From an uncultured Chloroflexia bacterium (GTDB lineage Bacteria; Chloroflexota; Limnocylindria; QHBO01), in assembly GCA_963699235.1 (NCBI GenBank), contig OY969424.1, forward strand, positions 1,914,964-1,978,963: DNA of 64,000 bases, in the 5' to 3' direction. Every line of letters starts with the position of its first letter. Positions within the stretch are counted from its first letter, which is position 1. The notes beneath the pieces are model-generated. The model was not told the origin of the DNA, did no database searches, and saw nothing but the letters and a program-made list of their open reading frames with translations. Below, piece after piece: positions 44,975 to 53,000 of the stretch. The translations under genes and the position numbers were made by a program.

Positions 44975-46120
44975 GTGACCCGCCTGCGCGCCGCCGTGAT
45001 CGGGACCGGGTTCGTCGGTCCGCACCACGTCGATGCCATCCGGCGAACCGGGTACGCGGACGTTGCGGTCCTGGTCGGGTCGAACCCGGATCGGACCGCC
45101 CGGCGCGCCGCTGACCTCGGGGTTGACCAGTGGTCCACCGATACCGATGCGGTCCTGGCCGACGCGACGATCGACGTCGTCCACGTCTGCACGCCCAACG
45201 ACACCCATGTCTCGCTCGGGCGGGCGGTGCTCGAGGCCGGCAAGCACCTCGTCCTGGAGAAGCCGATCGCTGTGGATCGAGAAGGCGCCGAGGCGCTCGT
45301 CGACGCGGCGGCCAAATCGGACCGACACGCGATGGTGGCGCTCACCTACCGCGGCTACCCGATGGTCCAGCAGGCCCGGTCGATGGTCGCCGAGGGACAC
45401 ATCGGCGAGATCCGGCTCGTCCGCGGGGCGTACATCCAGGACTGGCTTGCGGACGCGGCCGACTACAACTGGCGGGTGGATCCAGAGGTTGGCGGTCGGT
45501 CCCGGGCCATCGCCGATATCGGGACGCATTGGTTCGACACCGCCGAGTTCGTGACTGGCCTCCGGGTGGACGCGGTGCAGGCCGACCTGGCGACCTTCAT
45601 CCCGACCCGTTCCCGGAGCCTCGATGGGGGCGCCGCCTTCAGCACGGCGCGCGGCCCGGCCGAGGACGTGGCGGTGGCCTCCGAGGATGCCGCCACGATG
45701 CTGCTGCGATTCGGCGGCGGGGTCCGCGGAGCCTGCGTCGTGAGCCAGGTTTCGACCGGCAACAAGAACGCGTTCTCGCTCCACGTCGACGGCTCTCTCG
45801 GGTCGCTGACCTGGGAGCAGGAGCTGCCCGAGCGGCTCACTGTGCGCGAGCGCGGCGAGGAGCGCGTCTACGTCCGTGACCCCGGCTCGCAGCAGGCGAG
45901 CGCCGGCGTCCCGTGGCTCCCGGCCGGCCACCCGGAAGGATGGGGCGAGGCGCTCCGCGACCTCCTGCGGCCGTTCTACGCGGCTGTCGCCAGTGGGAGC
46001 CCGCCGCTCGGAGAGCGAGCGCCCTATCCGACTCTCGCCGTCGGCGCGAGGAGCATCGCCTTCGTCGAGGCCGCGCTGGATTCCGCGTCCTCCGGCACGT
46101 GGGCAAATCTGGCGGGGTAG
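44975..46120 (+). CDS. Gfo/Idh/MocA family oxidoreductase
   Basis: GTG at 44975 gives VTRLRAAVIGTGFVGPHHVDAI... with LVLEKPIA. 381 aa. The longer ORF version would run through the tRNA gene. Confidence 0.9.
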   Translation: MTRLRAAVIGTGFVGPHHVDAIRRTGYADVAVLVGSNPDRTARRAADLGVDQWSTDTDAVLADATIDVVHVCTPNDTHVSLGRAVLEAGKHLVLEKPIAVDREGAEALVDAAAKSDRHAMVALTYRGYPMVQQARSMVAEGHIGEIRLVRGAYIQDWLADAADYNWRVDPEVGGRSRAIADIGTHWFDTAEFVTGLRVDAVQADLATFIPTRSRSLDGGAAFSTARGPAEDVAVASEDAATMLLRFGGGVRGACVVSQVSTGNKNAFSLHVDGSLGSLTWEQELPERLTVRERGEERVYVRDPGSQQASAGVPWLPAGHPEGWGEALRDLLRPFYAAVASGSPPLGERAPYPTLAVGARSIAFVEAALDSASSGTWANLAG

Positions 46121-46154
46121 GCTCGATCGGGCTCGTCAGCAGGAGAGGTGGAGC

Positions 46155-46538
46155 ATGGATTCGTGGGCGAAGGGATTCGAGGCAATCACGCTGTTCGTGG
46201 AAGACCTGCCGGCGGCCCGGCAGTTCTACCAGGACGTCTTCGGCCTTCCAGTCTTCTTCGAGGACGACAGCTCGGCCGTGTTCAAGTTCGGGGAGACGCT
46301 CGTCAACCTGCTCGCGGTCGAGGCGGCGCCGGAGCTCATCGAGCCCGCGACGGTGGCGCCGCGGGAAGCGGGTAGCCGAACGGTGTTCACCCTGGCGGTG
46401 AACGACGTCGATGCGATGTGCGCGCAGCTCGCCACACGCGGTGTCACGCTGCTGAACGGGCCGATCGACCGGCCATGGGGGCCACGGACCGCGAGCTTCC
46501 GCGATCCGGCCGGGCAGATCTGGGAGATCGCGAAATAG
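46155..46538 (+). CDS. VOC (glyoxalase/bleomycin-resistance fold) family protein
   Basis: ATG at 46155 follows AGGAGAGG. 127 aa: FEAITLFVEDLPAARQFYQDVFG ... RTASFRDPAGQIWEI. Confidence 0.85.
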   Translation: MDSWAKGFEAITLFVEDLPAARQFYQDVFGLPVFFEDDSSAVFKFGETLVNLLAVEAAPELIEPATVAPREAGSRTVFTLAVNDVDAMCAQLATRGVTLLNGPIDRPWGPRTASFRDPAGQIWEIAK

Positions 46539-46828
46539 CCCCCGCCGAGGTCGTTGTCGCCTGTGATGCCGAGGGAGACGGCTTCCGCTGCGCGGTGACC
46601 GTCGGGAACGATCCGGCCGCCTCGACCCACCATGTTCGGGTCGCGGCCGACGACCTGGAACGGCTGGCCGGGCCGAAGGTCACGGTCGAGCGCCTGGTCG
46701 AGGAGTCGTTCGCGTTCCTCCTGGAACGGGAGTCCCGGGAGTCGATCCTGCGCGAGTTCGACCTCCCGCTCATCGGCCGCTACTTCCCGGAGTACGAGTC
46801 CGAGATCCGCAGGCGCCTCGACGGCTGA
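46475..46828 (+). CDS. conserved-looking small hypothetical protein (start uncertain)
   Basis: The C-terminal ~95 aa are protein-like (VVVACDAEGDGFRCAVTVGNDPAASTHHVRVAADDLERL...LVEESFAFLLERESRESILREFDLPLIGRYFPEYESEI). The only in-frame ATG (46475) overlaps the VOC gene by 64 nt, so a non-ATG start near 46540 is possible. Confidence 0.5.
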   Translation: MGATDRELPRSGRADLGDREIAPAEVVVACDAEGDGFRCAVTVGNDPAASTHHVRVAADDLERLAGPKVTVERLVEESFAFLLERESRESILREFDLPLIGRYFPEYESEIRRRLDG

Positions 46829-46871
46829 CGGGCGGCGGCTGACCACCAGCTGCCGACGCGTCCGAGGACCG

Positions 46872-47243
46872 CTACCCCTCCTCGTCTTCGGAGTCGTCGG
46901 GCTCGCCGATCTCGAAGTCGATGCAGACGAAGGGCTCGTCGCCTTCGACCCAGGCTCGGTGGCCGGGCCCGATCCAGAGGTGATCACTGGGGCCGGCGAC
47001 GACCTCCTCACCCTCATCGGTCAAGTACCGGATCCGGCCCGATATGACGTACTCGCGGTGGACGATCTGGCAGCTCTCCCAGCCGTCGGTGTGGGGCTTG
47101 ACCCATTCGTCCCAGCTCCAGCCCGGCTGGAGGACGGAACGCGAAACCATCGAGTCGCCCGCAAGGGTGTAGCCGGACGCCCCGGCATCGCCGTCGGTGA
47201 ACGCCTCGTCGGGCTGGTCGAGATTCTTGACGATGATGGCCAT
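46872..47243 (-). CDS. cupin domain protein
   Basis: ATG at 47243 gives MAIIVKNLDQPDEAF... with a beta-barrel-type pattern (HREYVISGRIRYLTDEGEEVVAGPSDHLWIGPGHRAWVEGDEPFVCIDF). 123 aa. Confidence 0.8.
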   Translation of the reverse strand: MAIIVKNLDQPDEAFTDGDAGASGYTLAGDSMVSRSVLQPGWSWDEWVKPHTDGWESCQIVHREYVISGRIRYLTDEGEEVVAGPSDHLWIGPGHRAWVEGDEPFVCIDFEIGEPDDSEDEEG

Positions 47244-47868
47244 GACGGGCTCCGGAGCAGGGAACCGATTCTGCGCCAGAAACGACGCAGGGGCCTCGCG
47301 AACCCCTTTCGGAGTCGCTTGGCCCCTATCGGCTCGCCTATCGGTGCGGGTGTTACCCCGAACAAACGGACGCGCCCGCGTCGCGCCCGACTCCCGATCT
47401 GAACACCGAGCCCACCGTCCAAGCGGGACGACGAACCTGGCGCCCGAACCGTTGTCGGACTTCTTTGGCGACGCCTGACTTGAAATGCCGCCTGGCGACG
47501 TGCCCGCCGCCAAACCAGAACTGTAGGCCAGTCCAGTCGAGTTCGAGCGTCACCCGAAAGTGACATCCCGCCGGTTCCCGACTGTAGCCAGCTCGCCCGC
47601 GACATTGTCACCGAGTCATCCCGGCCGTCCCTGACACGGTATTTCGACCGTGCCCGGGGCCAACCGGGCGGTGGCAGTGAGCCGCTTGCGCGCTGGAGCG
47701 GGCGCTTAACTCCGCTTCCTACGCTACCAGCACCCGGCGAAGACACCGTTGCCAACGTAAACGCCAACTCCAGTGTCTCCGTACCACCCGGTCGCGGCAA
47801 GCCGCGGGATCAGGTGGCTGACGGAATATACGCCATTCGGCGGCGGGTGACGAGCGTTTTCTGCAGCC

Positions 47869-48579
47869 TCACTTCGGGGCCAGCGACGCGAGCAGCCGAA
47901 GCATCGGCGTCGCGGTGGCGAAGGCCTCCGCGAGGACCTCCGGGAGGTCCGGTGAGAGGGCCTCGGCGTCGCTCAGCCGCCGGCCGAACAGGACGTCCTT
48001 GAGCTTCAGGAGCTCCGCGTCGGGGTGGTCGGCGGGGTACGCGGGCGGGACCCGCTTGAGCCGATCCTCGCCCTCGAGCTCGCCGAATGCCGCCTGGAAC
48101 GGAGCCGCGTCGGTGACCGCATGCAGGCGCTTGGGCTCATCCACCACCAGCCGCCGCCAGGCGTCCAGGTGGGCACGGTCGGCATGCCACATCCCGCCGC
48201 CCAGGTAGGCCTCGTCCGGCGAGAACGAGAAGTAACCACCCGGCCGGTGGACCGATTCGGTCCGGCTGCGCGGGGCTGTGACCGCCGCGCCGGGCTCGTC
48301 CCACGGGAAGCTGGCGCTGACGTAGGTCTTGTACGGCGCCTTGTCCTTCGAGAAGCGGACGTCGCGGTAGAGGCGGAACGGCGAGCCTGCGTCCGCCCGC
48401 AGCGGGATCTTCCGCCGGCGGAACCGTTCGCCGAGGTCGACGCAGAGCGCCTCCAGCGGCTCCTTGAGCAACTGCTCGAACTCCTGCTTGCGCGGCTGGA
48501 ACCAGCCACGGTCGTTGTTGGCCGAGAGCTCGAGCAGGAAGTGGATTGCCTCCGGCGTGAATCCGGTGAACGCGGGCAT
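47869..48579 (-). CDS. DUF2461 family protein
   Basis: 236 aa with FTPEAIHFLLELSANNDRGWF, FRLYRDVRFSKDKAPYKT and GGYFSFSPDEAYLGGGMW. Confidence 0.9.
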   Translation of the reverse strand: MPAFTGFTPEAIHFLLELSANNDRGWFQPRKQEFEQLLKEPLEALCVDLGERFRRRKIPLRADAGSPFRLYRDVRFSKDKAPYKTYVSASFPWDEPGAAVTAPRSRTESVHRPGGYFSFSPDEAYLGGGMWHADRAHLDAWRRLVVDEPKRLHAVTDAAPFQAAFGELEGEDRLKRVPPAYPADHPDAELLKLKDVLFGRRLSDAEALSPDLPEVLAEAFATATPMLRLLASLAPK

Positions 48580-48582
48580 CGG

Positions 48583-49068
48583 TCAGTAGTGGATCCGGTT
48601 CGGGATGGCGGCGAACTCGCGCCAGACCTCGACCATCTCGTCTCGGAGAAGCTCGCGGGCGGGGACGGCCCGATCCGGGCCAGGCTGGGTCACGGCCTCG
48701 TAGATCGACTCGTCGTCGAAGGCGCCGTACTCGAGCGCGTCGCGGATGGTGGAGGAGTAGTAGATCGATTCGACCCGCGCCCACCACGCCGCGGCGTAGC
48801 ACATCGGGCACGGCTCACCGGTGGTGTACACCGTGCAGCCGGCCAGGAGGTAGGTGCCGAGCCGGGCACACGCATCCCGAATGGCCACGACCTCCGCGTG
48901 GGCGGTCGGGTCGTTGGAGATGGGCACCTGGTTCACTCCTTCGCCGACCACCACGCCATCACGGACGATGACGCACGCGAACGGGCTCCCGGTACGGTCC
49001 ACCAGGGCGCTGTGCCGGGCGAGGCCGATGGCCTGCCGCATGAAGGCGTCGTGATCGGTCTCGGTCAT
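48583..49068 (-). CDS. nucleoside/guanine deaminase (CDA superfamily)
   Basis: ATG at 49068 gives 161 aa with the Zn motifs HAEVVAI and PCPMC. Confidence 0.9.
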   Translation of the reverse strand: MTETDHDAFMRQAIGLARHSALVDRTGSPFACVIVRDGVVVGEGVNQVPISNDPTAHAEVVAIRDACARLGTYLLAGCTVYTTGEPCPMCYAAAWWARVESIYYSSTIRDALEYGAFDDESIYEAVTQPGPDRAVPARELLRDEMVEVWREFAAIPNRIHY

Positions 49069-49148
49069 GGCTGCTCCAGCTGCTCGGCGGAATCTACTCC
49101 CTGACGGGCCGCCGGTGCGGGTCCTCGAATCGGTCACACTGGACCTCG

Positions 49149-50072
49149 ATGCGCCCCTTCAGGTTCGGGCTCACGGCTGGCTGGGTCGGCAACGGGGAGG
49201 CATGGCTCGCCCTCGCCCGACGGGCGGAGGAGCTGGGCTACGACGTCCTCCTCGTCCCGGACCACCTGACCGGCCAGCTGTCCCCCGTGCCCGCCCTGGC
49301 CGCTGCCGCGGCGGTGACCAGCCGGCTGCGTATCGGCTCCTACGTGTTCGCCAACGACTTCCGCCACCCCCTGCTCCTGGCCCGGGAGGCCGCCACCCTC
49401 GACGCGTTGTCCGGTGGCCGGCACGAGTTCGGGATCGGCGCAGGCTGGCGGGTCAGTGACTACCGGCAGCTCGGCGTCCCGTACGACGCGGCCGGGCGCC
49501 GCATCGACCGGATGGAGGAGGCGCTCGGCGTCATCCACCGGCTGTTCGCGGGGGAGACCGTGACCCACGAAGGCGGTCACTACCACCTGCGCGGTGCCCG
49601 TCTCATGCCCCGACCCCTCCAGCGTCCGCGGCCGCCGATCATGGTGGGCGGTGGCGGACCGCGCATGCTCGGGATCGCCGCGCGCGAGGCGGACATCGTG
49701 GGCTTCGTCCCCCAGTTCAGCGCCGCCGGTCGGCCGATCGTCCGGCAGCTGACCGAGAGCGCGCTGGCCGAGAAGGTGGCCCTCGTGCGCTCGGCAGCCG
49801 GAGATCAGTTCGAGCATCTCGAGCTCAACCTCTTCATCGCCCTGGCCGGGATGATCGGCAGCGGCACGGGCCCGCTGTCGTCTGTGGCGGCCGCCGGCCT
49901 CGCGGCGGGTGCGGGTGTCATCCGTTCCCCGTACGCGCTCCATGGCACCCGCGCCCGGCTTCGAGAGATCCTCCAGCGCCGCCGCGATCGGCTGGGGATC
50001 AGCTACTACTCGTTCCCCCAGCCGGCGATGGAGTCCATGGCATCCCTCGTCGAGGATCTCGCCGGGCGCTAG
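49149..50072 (+). CDS. LLM-class F420-dependent oxidoreductase
   Basis: 307 aa: MRPFRFGLTAG..., LLVPDHL, FGIGAGW, a luciferase-like monooxygenase fold of the probable F420-dependent subgroup. Confidence 0.85.
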   Translation: MRPFRFGLTAGWVGNGEAWLALARRAEELGYDVLLVPDHLTGQLSPVPALAAAAAVTSRLRIGSYVFANDFRHPLLLAREAATLDALSGGRHEFGIGAGWRVSDYRQLGVPYDAAGRRIDRMEEALGVIHRLFAGETVTHEGGHYHLRGARLMPRPLQRPRPPIMVGGGGPRMLGIAAREADIVGFVPQFSAAGRPIVRQLTESALAEKVALVRSAAGDQFEHLELNLFIALAGMIGSGTGPLSSVAAAGLAAGAGVIRSPYALHGTRARLREILQRRRDRLGISYYSFPQPAMESMASLVEDLAGR

Positions 50073-50085
50073 TCGAGGCGGGTGT

Positions 50086-53000
50086 TCAGCGGTACAGGTC
50101 CTGCCAGTCGATCTCCCAATCGGGGCGAGAGGAATCGGTGACGATCCGGTCGACCACGGGCATCTCGACCACGGGCACCTCGGAGGAGTACCACCGCGCA
50201 TCCGCGACGGCTGCGACCCGGGCCGGCCGGTGGCCGGATCCCTGCCTGAGGTGGATGACGTACATCATCAGAAGGCCGGCAACGGTCGTGACCAGGCTCG
50301 CGAGGAACAGTGGTGTGGTCCCGAGCTCCTCGGTCAGGGCGGTGTCCGGCACCCCGTCGCCATCGGGGGCATCACCCACCTCGCCGATCGCGAACTCGCT
50401 GAAGGCGGTCAGTCCGGCGGCCGTGGCCGTCGTCGGAGTCGATGGAGCGGCCGCCGGGTAGGTCCAGCCCGCGTTCCACTTGGCGACGACGAATGCCGAC
50501 GAATCCGCGCCCGGGTCGACATCGGCCGGAGCCCAGGTGAACTGCGCGTCGGCGGTGTCGAACACGACCCCGCCGCTCACGAGGCTCCACCAGCGGTTGA
50601 CGTCGGCGGACGGGTTCAGGATCGAGCTCGCGATGTCCGGGTGTTCGCCAGCGGTCGTGGTCACCGTGACCGTGCCGTCGAGGGTGACCATCCCGAAGGT
50701 CACCGAGACCGGGGCGTACGTCGTGGCGTCGCCGATCTCATAGGTCACGACCACACCCGGTCCCGACACCACCGGCTTCTCCAGCGCGCCGTCCACGTGA
50801 CCGGACGTTCGCGAGACGACACCCGCCAGGTCCATGGTCAGGACCCAGGGACGGGATCGGAGGATCCCATCCGACAGGTCGAGGCCCAGGCCGATCCGCA
50901 TCGGTCCGTTCAACGCCGCGCCGTTGGGGTTGGCCAGGCTGAGGTTGGCAAGGTCGGTGAGGCTGGCGGGGATCACGATGTTGGCGCCCGTCCCGAACAC
51001 CTCCAGCGACGACGCCGGGTTGCCCGTCAGGTTGGTCGGGCTGCCGGCGATCGGGTTGGCGATCGCGAGCAGCTGGCCGCCGAAGTCGGTCGGGCCGCCG
51101 AGGGTCAGGGTTCCTGTGACCCGGACCCCGGTGTTCAGGGTGGCTCCCGCCGGATTGCTCACCGTCAGGTCGAACAGACCGATGACGGCGGCTGCGCCGC
51201 CGAGCGTCTGCGGCGCCGTCCCGTCGAGGACCAGGGCTCCGGGGCCGGGGGAGAACGCACCGTCTATTGTCACGTCGCCGGCGACCGCGGCGACCCATCC
51301 CGCCGCGTCCAGGGTGCCACCGGAGACCCACAGGTCGCCGTTGACGTCGAGGTCGTCGAGGAGCGTCGCCGTCCCGCCGGTGACTCGGACGTCGGAGAAG
51401 GCCATGCCCGCGGCGTTGATGGTCGTACCGGTGTCGAACACGACCAGCGACGTTCCGGCATCCACCGTCCCGTCCAGCCAGGTCCAGGACGAGGTGAGGA
51501 GCCGAATCGTCCCCGCCAGGAACAGCGTGCCGGAGGGCTTGTCGATGACGACGTTGGCCACGTCGCCGGTGGTCGTGGTCGCGCTTCCGGTGAACGTTTG
51601 CGTACCCGTTCCCGCGATGAGGAGGGTGCCGGTCTCGCCGTCGAATGTGTCGAGCAGCGTGATGTCGCCCAGTGCCGCCATCGTCCCGCCCTCGAGGTCG
51701 CCGTTGATCAACGTCAGGGGACCGCTCACGCTGACGGTGTCGCCGACGGCGACCACCACGGCCCCTGAGCGCAGCTCGACGGCGTCGAGGGTGTGGGTGC
51801 CCGAGATGGTCAGGTTGCCGGTGAAGACGACCGTGCTGCCGGCCGTGACCAGGCCACCACTGAGGTAGGTCCAGTTCCGGCCGGTGCGGAGGGTGCCGGT
51901 CAGGGTCAGGCTGGCGGCGGGCTTATCGAAGGTGACGTTGGGCAGGCTGCCGGTGGTCGAGTTGTGGAAGCCAGTGAAGGTCTGCGGGCCGGGGCCGTTG
52001 ACCAGGACCGTCGCCGTCCCGCCGCCGGTGAACCCGACCCGGGCGACGAGGTCGCCCTCGACGGCCAGGGTGCCGGTGTTGAGGGCCCCACTGAACAGCT
52101 CGAGGCTGCCGGCCGCGGTCAGGGTCGTACCGGCGGCCAGTGTCACCGTGCCCCGGACCTCGACGTTGTGCAGGCTGTGCGAACCGGTGATCGTGCCGCC
52201 GGTGAACACGACCGTGCTGCCGGTCGTGACCAGGCCACCGGGGGCCGCGGTGTAGGTCCAGTTGCGGCCGGTGCGGAGGGTGTCGGTGATGGTCAGCACG
52301 CCGGAGGGCTTGCTGATCTCGATGTTGGGCAGGCTGCCGGCGACGGTGGTGTGGTCACCGTCAAAGACCTGGACACCGGGGCCGTTGAACAGGAGAAGGG
52401 CGGTCCCGCCGCCGGTGAAGCCGATACGGGCGTGGACGTCGCCCTGGGCAGCCAACGTGCCGGTGGCAGCCACCTGGTTGAGCGTCCCGCTGAACAGCTC
52501 GGTGGCACCGGCCGCGGTCAGGGTCGTGCCGGCAGCCAGCGTGACCGTGCCCCGCACCTGGACCGCGTCGAGGGTGTGCGAACCGGTGATCGTGCCGCCG
52601 GTGAAGACGAGGGTGTGGCCCGTCACGGTGAGACCGCCCGCTGCGGTATAGGTCCAGTTGCGGCCGGTGCGGAGCGTGTCGGTCAGCGTCAGGGTCCCGC
52701 TTGGCTTGTTGATCTCGACGTTCGGCAGGCTGCCGGCGACGGTGGTGTGGTCGCCGTCGAACGTCTGGGCCCCGGAGCCGTTCAACAGGAAAAGGGCGGT
52801 GCCGCCGCCGGTGAAGCCGATCCGGGCGTGGACGTCGCCCTGGGCGGCCAGGGTGCCGGTGGCAGCCACCTGGTTGAGGGTCCCGCTGAACAGCTCGGTG
52901 GTGCCGGTCGCGGTCAGGGTCGTACCGGCGGCCAGTGTCACCGTGCCCCGGATCTCGACGTTGTTCAGGGTCTGCGAGCCGGTGACCGTGCCCCCGGCGA

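Noticed and set aside
47244-47868. RNase P RNA, tmRNA, SRP RNA, 6S RNA or group II intron in the long spacer
   Set aside because: I looked on both strands for GGAAAGUCCGG and ACAGAAnCCGGCUUA (RNase P), a tRNA-like 3-prime end with GGUUCGA.UCC...CCA (tmRNA), CAGGUCCGGAAGGAAGCAGC (SRP) and the domain V consensus (group II intron). Only weak partial resemblances were seen, so no known family is claimed.
44883-47868. Genomic island integrated at tRNA-Gly
   Set aside because: There is no integrase or recombinase. I noticed no direct repeat of the tRNA 3-prime end. The downstream genes are ordinary oxidoreductase, VOC and cupin genes with similar composition.
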